In this document: positions 28,122 through 36,861 of the stretch, piece by piece | Numbering within the stretch: the first letter of the stretch is position 1 | Layout of the letters: every line of letters starts with the position of its first letter | Origin: Candidatus Woesearchaeota archaeon | Lineage (GTDB): Archaea > Nanobdellota > Nanobdellia > Woesearchaeales > JACPJR01 | Direction: 5' to 3' | Length of the DNA stretch: 64,000 bases | Assembly (NCBI GenBank): GCA_016187565.1 | Contig: JACPJR010000010.1 | Coordinates: forward strand, 68,596-132,595 | Notes under the pieces: generated by a model | Told to the model about the DNA's origin: nothing | What the model saw: only the letters and a program-made list of their open reading frames with translations | Database searches by the model: none | Position numbers and translations under genes: made by a program

Positions 28122-29614
28122 CTTTCCTCAAGAATGCAGAGACTTTCATATATCTTTGCCCCTTCTGCATATGTTAACACAAAACATTCTCGGTCTGCAT
28201 AGGGTAAGGAATTTATGTTATATCGTTCCATTGTTCGTTCTGATAACAAAATATATCGTGCATGATATTTGTTAGCAATCGCAATGGCATTGGTTTTGTA
28301 AGGGGTCGTGTAAATCTCCTCTAAATCCTGAAGCCGTTCATCGACATCATCAATGAGCAAGAATTGGGCATCTGCGATATTTTTCCTTTGGCCTAATGCA
28401 GTAACAAGATGGCCTTCTTCAAGAGGCGTAATAACACTGGAGTTAGCGTAGGTGTTGTTGACAAGCCAGGTAAATGCAGCTATTGTCTGTTTTGTAGTTC
28501 CCATCTGTTGTTGCTTTTGGAGCGACGCCACGGTTGGGTATAGAGAGGTAATAACAAACACTATGGAGAGAATGACAATGACAAGCGTTCTGGTGTGTGC
28601 AAGCTTTGTTTTTTCGAGATATTCAAAGAATCGTCTGAAGAATTCACTGAAGAGAAGAGCCAAAACACTTCCTAAAAACATAAGTCCGGCGGTCACGGCA
28701 ATAAGTTTTAACCATAACAGGAGTGAAACGGCAATGGCAAACGAAAGCAAGAAGAAAATTGCTTTTCGCTTTTGTCCAACAAGGGACTTGTAAATCACCC
28801 AAATACCACAAATAAAGGGGATAATGCCTATCTGGTAAATTGCCTGGAGAACAGAAATTTGTGTAAAATGCTTCGCTAATAGCGATGAAGGAATATTTTG
28901 CCAGATAACTCCCAAACCATGATATAAAAGAGCGTCTTTATACATAAGGAAATAGAACCATAGGTAAAATAACAGCGCAAAAATAGTTACTTCGATTTCT
29001 CCACGAGTAAGTTCTATTCGTTCAACAAGCGCAATGATAAGATAAATTCCCATAGCAAGAAGAATAATAAACGAAGAAGGATGAAAGAGGAGAAGCGCAA
29101 CTAATGCAATAACAAAGTGGTTAAAATTTCTCTCTTTTTTGATAAAGAGGTAGGCGAGAAGAAAGGTTCCAAAAATCATAAGTGTATACACCGAACCGGT
29201 GTTAAAGGTTTCGGTCACAAAGATAGGAATAAACCCAGCAATGAGGGCTGTAAACAATGCTGCATCCTTTGTTTTTGTGATGTCTTCAGCGATAAGATAG
29301 GCAATAAAAATAAATGAACTAGCGAAAATATTTGGGAGGATTTTAATGACCAGAAGAGTAGGTATCCCTAAGCTGAAAAAAGCTAACAGGTAGGCATACA
29401 CAGGGTTAAAGAGTAAAAATCGTCCACCATAGCTTAAAGGGTCATGAAATAATGGCGTACCGGTTTTGGTGATATGCTCTACATTGCGAAGCAGAAAATA
29501 TGAATCAGCATCGCTTAATCCTTCTAGTTGGAATGCAACGTACAGCCGTATTCCTAGCGTAATTAAAAAAATGAAAACTAGGATCGTTTTTATGAGGTAA
29601 TTATTGCTGCTCAA
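28118..29614 (-). CDS. Polytopic membrane protein, GT-C-fold glycosyltransferase-like (paralogue of 26559..28121)
   Basis: The first extracytoplasmic loop (LSDADSYFLLRNVEHI) carries a D/E motif as in GT-C enzymes. About 12 TM helices and a C-terminal soluble domain. Confidence 0.4.
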   Translation of the reverse strand: MSSNNYLIKTILVFIFLITLGIRLYVAFQLEGLSDADSYFLLRNVEHITKTGTPLFHDPLSYGGRFLLFNPVYAYLLAFFSLGIPTLLVIKILPNIFASSFIFIAYLIAEDITKTKDAALFTALIAGFIPIFVTETFNTGSVYTLMIFGTFLLAYLFIKKERNFNHFVIALVALLLFHPSSFIILLAMGIYLIIALVERIELTRGEIEVTIFALLFYLWFYFLMYKDALLYHGLGVIWQNIPSSLLAKHFTQISVLQAIYQIGIIPFICGIWVIYKSLVGQKRKAIFFLLSFAIAVSLLLWLKLIAVTAGLMFLGSVLALLFSEFFRRFFEYLEKTKLAHTRTLVIVILSIVFVITSLYPTVASLQKQQQMGTTKQTIAAFTWLVNNTYANSSVITPLEEGHLVTALGQRKNIADAQFLLIDDVDERLQDLEEIYTTPYKTNAIAIANKYHARYILLSERTMERYNINSLPYADRECFVLTYAEGAKIYESLCILEER

Positions 29615-29779
29615 GGAGCATCATGAGTCGTGTTGAGATCTCTTCTTTATACTCGAAATTTCTCTTTATCGAATCTCTTTATCTTAGGAGGGGTTGCCTT
29701 AATAAAGGTATCGCCCAAATTTATGACAAACAAACCTTTTTATAGAGGTTTTCCTTTCTTTCCCGAGGATAAGCAACGT

Positions 29780-30466
29780 ATGGACACAAAAATCTCTTCG
29801 GGAACTGAAGTTTTTGATACCTTTCTTCAAGGGGGCTATGATCGGGATGTCATTACCACGATCTATGGTCCGGGTGGAGTAGGAAAAACCTGTCTCTGTA
29901 CTCTTTGTAGCATTGCGGTTATTAACCGTGGTAAGAAAGTAATATATATTGACACTGAGGGGGGATTCTCTTTGGCGAGACTACAACAACTTACCCCCCA
30001 CTATGCCACTGTTCTTAACCATATCCTTTTTCTTAAGCCAAGTCATTTCGAAGAACAGAAGCGTATCATTGAGAAGCTCAGAACAATTGCCACTGAATCA
30101 ATCGGTCTCATTGTTGTCGATACAATTGGGATGTTGTACCGTTTAGAGTTTACTAAAGACGAGGCTGTTTTTGATCTTAACCGAGAGCTTGGAAAACAAC
30201 TTGTCTGCTTGGCTGATATTGCACGGAAGCGAAACATCCCTGTTCTTGTTGCAAATCAAGTTTACTCAGCTGTGGCTGAGGCAAATGGAGTTCGGATGGT
30301 TGGTGGCGATATTCTTCTGTATGGAAGTAAGTGTTTAATTGAATTACAGAAAGAACAAAAAAATCTAAGGAAAGCAATCTTAAAAAAACATCGAAGCCTT
30401 CCTGAGCAAGAGATGTGTTTTCACATTGTTCAAGAGGGAATAGAACGAGCGATAAGGCAAGGATGA
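29780..30466 (+). CDS. radB: RadB-like RecA-superfamily recombination/repair ATPase
   Basis: The N-terminus ISSGTEVFDTFLQGGYDRDVITTIYGPGGVGKT is a Walker A motif in RadB-like context. About 229 aa from ATG 29780. There is no N-terminal HhH domain, which fits RadB rather than RadA. Confidence 0.65.
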   Translation: MDTKISSGTEVFDTFLQGGYDRDVITTIYGPGGVGKTCLCTLCSIAVINRGKKVIYIDTEGGFSLARLQQLTPHYATVLNHILFLKPSHFEEQKRIIEKLRTIATESIGLIVVDTIGMLYRLEFTKDEAVFDLNRELGKQLVCLADIARKRNIPVLVANQVYSAVAEANGVRMVGGDILLYGSKCLIELQKEQKNLRKAILKKHRSLPEQEMCFHIVQEGIERAIRQG

Positions 30467-30553
30467 AAATCTTTAGAAAAAGACAAAGATAGGTTTATAA
30501 ACAATTTCAATTTTCCCTTCTTTTTCTGAACCTGTACGTAGGAGGTGGAATGT

Positions 30554-30760
30554 ATGAAGAAGGCATACGACGAAGACATGGAAGAAGATGCTGAAGAAAC
30601 TAAAGAGGAATCTGACGACGAAGACATGGAAGAAGATGCTGAAGAAGAAGAATCTGATGACGACGAGGATAGTGAAGAAGAAGAGTCTGACGATGATGAT
30701 GAGGACGCTGATAAAGACGACAAGGACGACGAACCATTTGAAGAAGAGGACAAATATTAA
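30554..30760 (+). CDS. Small hyper-acidic protein (68 aa, ~70% Asp/Glu)
   Basis: A strong RBS (GGAGGTG) lies 6 nt before ATG 30554. The sequence MKKAYDEDMEEDAEETKEESDDEDMEEDAEEEESDDDEDSEEEESDDDDEDADKDDKDDEPFEEEDKY has DEDMEEDAEE repeated twice. Confidence 0.5.
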   Translation: MKKAYDEDMEEDAEETKEESDDEDMEEDAEEEESDDDEDSEEEESDDDDEDADKDDKDDEPFEEEDKY

Positions 30761-30904
30761 GTTGGACTTTAAATCTTTTATATAGTCTATAGACTGTTTT
30801 TTCTGTTTTTTTCTTTTTTCTTACGTTCCTTACCTTTGTTTCTTCTTTGTTCGATCGTTGAAATAAGAGAAATGCTTTTAAATGCAAACCCTTCTCTTAA
30901 CTTT

Positions 30905-32386
30905 ATGAGTATAACGATTGAAGAAATGGCGTCGTTTTGCAAACGAAAAGGCTTTGTTTATTCTGGAGCTGAAATTTATGGGGGTATAGCGGGATTCTTT
31001 GATTATGGGCATTTAGGTGTCGAGCTTAAGAATAACCTCAAGGCAGTGTGGTGGAAGGTGCATGTACATTCACGTGAGGATATTGTTGGCATCGATGGTT
31101 CTATTATTACCAACCCAAAGGTATGGGAAGCCTCTGGTCATGTTGCTCATTTTGAGGATCTTATCCTTGTTTGTCGTCAATGTAAGCATAAAGTCAGAGC
31201 AGATCAGTTTATTGAAACAACGCTTCATCAATCTGCTGATGGATTGACTGCAGAGGCTATCCAGGATCTTATCGAAAAACACCATCTTCATTGTCCTGTA
31301 TGTACAAAAGGTATGTTTGAAGCTGTTGGTCATTTTAATCTTATGTTTAAGACGCATGTTGGGCCTACAAGCGACTATGTTGCCTATCTACGGCCAGAAA
31401 CCGCGCAATTGATCTTTGCAAACTTTAAATTGGTTGCTGATAATGCTCGACTGAAGTTGCCATTTGGTATTGCACAGATCGGTAAGGCATTCAGAAATGA
31501 AATTGCTCCTCGTGATTTTCTTTTTCGATGTCGGGAATTTGAGCAGATGGAAATTGAGTATTTTATTCACCCCAATCAGCTACAGATATGTCCATTTCTT
31601 AAAGACTATCTTAGTTATAGTTTGCTGATGTATGCCGTAGATCTCCAGCAGCAGGGTAAAGATCCGGTGAAGATGACTGTTCAGGAAGCTCTTGATCAGG
31701 GTATTCTTAAAACACCGTGGCATGGCTATTGGCTTGCCCATGAGCATACGTGGTTTGTTCGTCTTGGCGTTAATCCTGATCATTTACGAATCAGGCAGCA
31801 CCTTCCCAAAGAAGTGAGCCATTATGCTCTCGATACGTGGGATTTGGAGTATAAATTTCCGTTTGGTTGGAAGGAATTACTGGGTATTGCTAATAGGACC
31901 GATTTTGATCTCCAACAACATATGAAACACAGCAAGGTTGATCTTTCCTTATTTGATGAAGCAACTAAACAGAAGGTTGTTCCTCATGTTGTGGCCGAGC
32001 CTTCGTTAGGACTAGATCGTGCATTTTTGGTGTTCCTCTTTGAAGCATACGAAAATGATCAGAAACGGGGAAATATTGTTCTCCATCTTCATCCACGATT
32101 AGCTCCTATTAACGTAGGAGTTTTCCCTCTCGTAGCAAAACTTGAAGAAGATGCACGAAAGCTCTATGCTCTGTTGAAGGATGAATTTGTCTGTTTTTAC
32201 GATAAAAGCGGCAGTATTGGAAGAAGGTATGCACGAGCTGATGAGATTGGTATTCCCTACTGCCTTACGGTAGATTTTGATACCTTGAAGGACGGATGTG
32301 TGACGATTCGGGATAGAGAGACGACAGAACAGAAACGAGTTCCTATTAGCGAACTTAGCTTGACGTTACGGGTATTATTGTCATAA
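30905..32386 (+). CDS. glyS: Glycyl-tRNA synthetase, archaeal/eukaryotic alpha2 type
   Basis: FVYSGAEIYGGIAGFFDYGHLGVELKNNLK is the class-II motif 1 region. The GlyRS-specific insertion and the anticodon-binding C-terminus (GRRYARADEIGIPYCLTVDFDT) are present. The start is uncertain between ATG 30872 and ATG 30905. Confidence 0.9.
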   Translation: MSITIEEMASFCKRKGFVYSGAEIYGGIAGFFDYGHLGVELKNNLKAVWWKVHVHSREDIVGIDGSIITNPKVWEASGHVAHFEDLILVCRQCKHKVRADQFIETTLHQSADGLTAEAIQDLIEKHHLHCPVCTKGMFEAVGHFNLMFKTHVGPTSDYVAYLRPETAQLIFANFKLVADNARLKLPFGIAQIGKAFRNEIAPRDFLFRCREFEQMEIEYFIHPNQLQICPFLKDYLSYSLLMYAVDLQQQGKDPVKMTVQEALDQGILKTPWHGYWLAHEHTWFVRLGVNPDHLRIRQHLPKEVSHYALDTWDLEYKFPFGWKELLGIANRTDFDLQQHMKHSKVDLSLFDEATKQKVVPHVVAEPSLGLDRAFLVFLFEAYENDQKRGNIVLHLHPRLAPINVGVFPLVAKLEEDARKLYALLKDEFVCFYDKSGSIGRRYARADEIGIPYCLTVDFDTLKDGCVTIRDRETTEQKRVPISELSLTLRVLLS

Positions 32387-32413
32387 AAAAGAAAAAAATG
32401 CGCGTCTCTGTGC

Positions 32414-32809
32414 TTAGCGTTTTACCGTCTCCCACAACCCAATAATATTCTCTTCCGTGTCCTTGATCTGGGCATAGAATCCCATATCGCCCACAGCAAC
32501 CTTCTTGCGGAAGATCTTACCCCCCTTACTCTCTACCTTTTTTACGTATTCATCAACCGAGGGAACATCAATGACAAGAACAGGAGTTTTGCTTGAATCC
32601 TTATCCCTCTTGTACATCCCGCCGTTAATGCCGCCGACTTCGGTTGGCATAAACTTCTTATCTACTGGTGTTGTCGTTATCATCCAATAAGGCATGCCAG
32701 GTGCTGCAGTAATATCCCAGCCAAAAATCTCCTTGTAAAACTTCTGTGCCCTATTGGTGTCGTCTGCCGGTATCTCAAAATGGACAACTTTGCGCATGTT
32801 TTTTCCCAT
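32414..32809 (-). CDS. VOC-family (glyoxalase/bleomycin-resistance fold) protein
   Basis: VVHFEIPADDTNRAQKFYKEIFGW matches the VOC beta-alpha-beta-beta-beta module start. 131 aa. Confidence 0.7.
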   Translation of the reverse strand: MGKNMRKVVHFEIPADDTNRAQKFYKEIFGWDITAAPGMPYWMITTTPVDKKFMPTEVGGINGGMYKRDKDSSKTPVLVIDVPSVDEYVKKVESKGGKIFRKKVAVGDMGFYAQIKDTEENIIGLWETVKR

Positions 32810-32825
32810 AGTTTCACCTCAATCT

Positions 32826-32895
32826 TTATTAAAAGTTTGATCAAAGGGGTGCAACATAAAGTTGCACATCGCGGCCTTCGTGTTGTCGTAATAAC
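32826..32895. repeat. Copy 1 of a ~55-70-bp repeated hairpin element (copy 2 at 47432-47501)
   Basis: aagtttgatcaaaggggtgcaacataaagttgcacatcgcggccttcgtgttg matches the 47.4-kb copy with 3 mismatches. It contains the perfect stem GTGCAAC-ataaa-GTTGCAC. Confidence 0.75.
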
Positions 32896-32964
32896 CGTGC
32901 CAATAACACCATATTTCCATGCATGTAATAAATATGACTTACTGCCCGTGTTCTGGAGAAAATT

Positions 32965-33822
32965 CTATACCTTCATAGCCTCTAATCGCTTAATGCGCTC
33001 TTCCATGGGTGGATGGGTTGAAAGCAAGTTGGTGAATCCCTTTGCATTGAACGGATTGGCAATAAACAAACTGCTCGTAGCTGGGCTACCAAAATGCATG
33101 GGATCGTGTTGTATACCTTTCTCAAGCTTTGCTAATGCACTCGCAAGACTCTTTGGATTGCGAATAGTACGCGCGCCAGTCTCATCGGCAATATACTCTC
33201 GGGAACGGGAGATTGCTAACTGAATAAGCGTAGCAATAATAGGGGTAAGTATGGCCAATACTAAAAGTTCAAGGAGGTTACTGTCTCTATCTCTATCTCC
33301 AAAACCAAAGATAGCAGACCATCGAGCCATCATGGCAACGTAGGAAATAACTCCTGCAATGGTTGCTGCAATCGTTTGAATGAGGATATCCCTATTTTTG
33401 ATATGGGCAACCTCATGGGCAATAACTCCTTTTAATTCTTCTTTAGTCAGCAGTTTCAGGATTCCTTCAGTACAGGCAACAGCCGCGTGCTTTGGATTTC
33501 TTCCGGTTGCAAACGCATTTGGGGTTGACGATGGAATAATGTATATCTTTGGCATAGGAATTCCTGCCAAGGTTGTCACTTCCTTAACGATGTGGTATAA
33601 TTGTGGTTCTTTGGCTTCTGTCACCTGCTTTGCCCGGTACATCAGGAGGACGATCTTATCCGAGAAAAAATAACTTCCGACGTTGAGGACTAAGGCAAAA
33701 ACAAGCCCAATAATAAGCCCGCTTGTTCCCCATAAGCTTCCGATCCATAGCATCAGGGCTGTTAAAAAGGAAAGGAGGATAAATGTTTTAAACTGATTTT
33801 TCATCATAGCGATCACCGGCAT
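32965..33822 (-). CDS. htpX: HtpX-like M48 zinc metalloprotease
   Basis: HEVAHIKNRD is the HExxH motif. There are two N-terminal and two central TM helices. The C-terminal motif reads LASALAKLEK. Confidence 0.8.
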   Translation of the reverse strand: MPVIAMMKNQFKTFILLSFLTALMLWIGSLWGTSGLIIGLVFALVLNVGSYFFSDKIVLLMYRAKQVTEAKEPQLYHIVKEVTTLAGIPMPKIYIIPSSTPNAFATGRNPKHAAVACTEGILKLLTKEELKGVIAHEVAHIKNRDILIQTIAATIAGVISYVAMMARWSAIFGFGDRDRDSNLLELLVLAILTPIIATLIQLAISRSREYIADETGARTIRNPKSLASALAKLEKGIQHDPMHFGSPATSSLFIANPFNAKGFTNLLSTHPPMEERIKRLEAMKV

Positions 33823-33904
33823 ATGAAGACCTTTATGCTTTAAAAAACTTATGCATTAATGGTCTAAGAGGAGTTTTTGGGCGACTTTACATTTACTTCT
33901 CTAC

Positions 33905-34288
33905 TTACTCTTGATAGTACGTAGATAATCCTTCGATTTGCCTCAGGGAAGTATGCCGAAGGAGAAAATGGCGGATTTCATTGTGGATTCGTACACCGTA
34001 ATGGTTCAAACCTCGATGAAGTGAACCATATAATTTTTTTCCTTCTTCGTCCAAATCAGTCAAAATAATGGCATCACGATACTTGGTCGCAACTTCTTCC
34101 ACAATGCTAAATAACGGTTTACTATTCAAGGTAACAATCGTATTGGTTAACCCTAATGAACGGAGTGCTGCCATATCTTTCTTACCTTCAACGATAATCG
34201 GAAATTGCGTTTCCTTTACTTTGGCAAGCAAGGCAAAAAATACTTCATGGTTTTTTTTCATAAGGATAACGAGCGAGGGATACACCAT
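33905..34288 (-). CDS. Small Toprim-domain protein
   Basis: IIVEGKKDMAALRSLG ... AIILTDLDEEGKKL matches the Toprim E...DxD acidic pattern. Confidence 0.5.
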   Translation of the reverse strand: MVYPSLVILMKKNHEVFFALLAKVKETQFPIIVEGKKDMAALRSLGLTNTIVTLNSKPLFSIVEEVATKYRDAIILTDLDEEGKKLYGSLHRGLNHYGVRIHNEIRHFLLRHTSLRQIEGLSTYYQE

Positions 34289-34411
34289 CCATGTTTTTTC
34301 TATCTTTCTATCAGTAAAAGTATATGGGTGGCCAAGTTTTAATATTTTTGTATCGCAGATTCACAACAACCCCACACAACTCTTATAAAGGAAAGAAGCC
34401 TTCTTTAGAGT

Positions 34412-35842
34412 ATGGAGCTGTCGGAATCACCAACCCCTCAGGAATCAAACGATCAGCATAAAAGAGTTTATCCGGTAATCCCTGTAGGAACGCTTTTACG
34501 CTTTTACAAGCGTCCTGAAATTCAAGAAGCCATTGTTGCTGCTGCTCAGCAACGCGAGGTGGCAGTCCGCTTTGGTAATGCGGGTTTTGGTAAACGTCCT
34601 GATATCTTACGGTATCCAAATGATGTCCTTGAACTGGTAAAAGAAGGCGCTACATCATTCCATTGTTCAGAAGAACTTTGGCATAACCCACTGCTTTTAC
34701 AAACGGGTATGAACAAGCATACGATAGAAGAGCTGCGTGTTGGATGGGATTTAGTTATTGACATTGATTGTCAGATCCTTGAGTACAGTGCTGTTGCAGG
34801 TCATCTTATTATTAATGCATTACAATATCACGGCATTACTGCGATTTCGTGTAAATTCTCAGGGAACCATGGATTTCATATTGGCGTTCCTTTTGCTTCT
34901 TTTCCTGAACGATGTTTAGGTTCTGCAACCAAGGATTTGTTTCCTGAAGCCCCTCGACGGATTGCTCGTTATCTTAAGGATATGATTGCGCCGCATCTCA
35001 GCAAAGAACTGCTCAAGAAAGACTCTTTTGAGACTATCCAAAAAAAAACAGGTAAACCAAAAGAAGAGTTGCTCAATAAACGCGTTTTTGATCCATTTAC
35101 TATCCTCGATATAGACACCTTGTTATTGTCCCATCGGCATCTCTTTAGAAGCCCTTACTCCTTTAATGAAAAAAGTGGTCTCATTTCAGTGCCTATTAAC
35201 CCTAAACGCATCCTTGATTTTCAACCAGTAATGGCTCGTCCTGATGTCGTGCCTCTTTCGCGATATTCATTTTTAGACCGTACACCTGAAAAACTTGGAG
35301 AGGCAACACAGTTATTAGTCCAGGCATATGATCACAAGCCACAGATTACGGAGATGATCGAAAGAAGAAAAGAAAAGGAAAATTCCTTTACGTTTATGGA
35401 ATCTCAAGAAGCTATTCCCGAGGAGCTTTTTCCTCCGTGTATTCAAAAGTTATTACAGGGCCTTCCTGATGGTCGTAAGCGTGCTGTTTTTATTCTTGTT
35501 AATTTCCTCCAAAGCGTTGGATGGAGTTATGAAAAAATAGAACAACGGTTACTCGCATGGAACAAGTGCAATAATGAGCCATTGCGAGAGGTTGTTATCA
35601 AAGGCCAAATAAGGTATCATAAGGCAAACAAAAAAAAGATACTGCCGCCTAACTGCGATAATCCTGCATACTACACTGCTCTTGGCGTAAAATGCGAGGA
35701 TCGTATCTGCACAAGGTGCAAGAATCCGGTAAATTATGCCAAACGAAGAATGTATCTTCAGGAGCAACCAAAGAAAAGAGGAAGAAAGAAGTCAACTGTC
35801 GATGAACCTAAACCGAATAATGATGTTCAAGAGTTGGAATAA
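34412..35842 (+). CDS. Archaeo-eukaryotic primase (AEP) catalytic subunit with C-terminal helical/Zn-binding extension (PriS-like; possibly PriS fused to a PriL-CTD-like module)
   Basis: AEP motif I (WDLVIDIDCQ), motif II (FSGNHGFHIGV) and motif III (RVFDPFTILDIDTLLLSHRHLFRSPYSFNEKSG) are present. The C-terminus has helical PriCT-like segments and a Cys cluster (PNCDNPAYY...CEDRICTRCKNP). Confidence 0.65.
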   Translation: MELSESPTPQESNDQHKRVYPVIPVGTLLRFYKRPEIQEAIVAAAQQREVAVRFGNAGFGKRPDILRYPNDVLELVKEGATSFHCSEELWHNPLLLQTGMNKHTIEELRVGWDLVIDIDCQILEYSAVAGHLIINALQYHGITAISCKFSGNHGFHIGVPFASFPERCLGSATKDLFPEAPRRIARYLKDMIAPHLSKELLKKDSFETIQKKTGKPKEELLNKRVFDPFTILDIDTLLLSHRHLFRSPYSFNEKSGLISVPINPKRILDFQPVMARPDVVPLSRYSFLDRTPEKLGEATQLLVQAYDHKPQITEMIERRKEKENSFTFMESQEAIPEELFPPCIQKLLQGLPDGRKRAVFILVNFLQSVGWSYEKIEQRLLAWNKCNNEPLREVVIKGQIRYHKANKKKILPPNCDNPAYYTALGVKCEDRICTRCKNPVNYAKRRMYLQEQPKKRGRKKSTVDEPKPNNDVQELE

Positions 35843-35849
35843 CATTGAA

Positions 35850-35947
35850 CTATAGGAAAAGACATTAATTTTCGTAATAATTTGTATGTCTTTTCCTAAT
35901 AAGCAAAGGACATAAAGTTACGGTTATTAGTGTCCTTTGCTATAGTG
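35850..35947. repeat. Right copy of the ~98-bp inverted repeat (partner 14563-14660)
   Basis: See the left copy. It contains the perfect 12-bp stem AGGAAAAGACAT/ATGTCTTTTCCT and the 10-bp stem GCAAAGGACA/TGTCCTTTGC. It ends ...gctatagtgg ~40 bp upstream of the VIT-family gene. Confidence 0.85.
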
Positions 35948-35986
35948 GATTAAAATGTTGAAATATTTATATAGGGCTAGTGTTTA

Positions 35987-36844
35987 TTGACGTCTATGGA
36001 TGTTATGTTGCAGGCCCAACGAAATGAGATCACTGAGTACCAGATCTATCACGCGTTAGCCAATAAAGTAAATGATTCTCATAATCGTAAGATCTTGGAG
36101 CGTATTGCAAAGGACGAACTCCGGCACTATCGCTTGTTAAAGAAATACACACATCAAGAGGTAAAACCAGATCGCTGGAGGGTAAACCAACACCTCTTGC
36201 TAGCATCCATTTTAGGAGTAACCTTTAGTTTACGATTTATGGAAAAAGGAGAAGTTTTTGCTCAGAAACTTTACCATACCCAGAAAACAGCGCCCTTTGA
36301 TGTGCTGCTTCTGGATGAGCAGAAACATGAGAAGGCCTTGATAGGCATGCTCCACGATCAGAGAATTGCCTATGCTGGTTCTATTGTGTTGGGTTTAAAT
36401 GATGCTTTAGTAGAACTTACCGGAGCACTTGCTGGCTTGAGTTTAGCCTTGGCAAATGGAAAGCTTGTTGCAATCATAGGTTCGATAACCGGATTTGCTG
36501 CAGCGCTTTCAATGGCAGCATCTGAGTACCTTTCCTCTAAAGAGGAAAAAGAAACTGAGAAAAAAGCGCTTACCGGAGCAATCTACACGGGTGTTGCTTA
36601 TCTTGTGACCGTAGCCTTACTGATTTTGCCCTTTCTCTTGCTTACCAATGTCATGGCAGCTATGGTTATCATGCTTTCTACAACTATAGCTATTATCGCT
36701 TTCTACACCTTTTACATAGCAACGGCAAAAGGAACAAGGTTTTGGCCGAGATTTGTTGAAATGAGTGCAATTTCACTTGGTGTTGCCCTCATCAGCTTCT
36801 TTATTGGTTGGCTAGTGCGTGCGTATATTGGTGTAGATGTTTAA
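35987..36844 (+). CDS. VIT1/CCC1-family membrane protein with N-terminal ferritin-like (rubrerythrin-like) domain
   Basis: The N-terminus EITEYQIYHALANK ... IAKDELRHY is a ferritin-like E...ExxH pair. The C-terminal ~5 TM helices are typical of the VIT family. The true start is possibly ATG 35996. Confidence 0.65.
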   Translation: MTSMDVMLQAQRNEITEYQIYHALANKVNDSHNRKILERIAKDELRHYRLLKKYTHQEVKPDRWRVNQHLLLASILGVTFSLRFMEKGEVFAQKLYHTQKTAPFDVLLLDEQKHEKALIGMLHDQRIAYAGSIVLGLNDALVELTGALAGLSLALANGKLVAIIGSITGFAAALSMAASEYLSSKEEKETEKKALTGAIYTGVAYLVTVALLILPFLLLTNVMAAMVIMLSTTIAIIAFYTFYIATAKGTRFWPRFVEMSAISLGVALISFFIGWLVRAYIGVDV

Positions 36845-36861
36845 TTATGGCAAAGAACATA

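Noticed and set aside
30430-30753. 107-aa Ser-rich ORF (minus) and a 65-aa ORF (+, 30588..30785) overlapping the acidic protein gene
   Set aside because: They are frame artefacts of the GA/GAT-rich acidic-protein coding sequence. Only the frame with the GGAGGTG RBS is credible.
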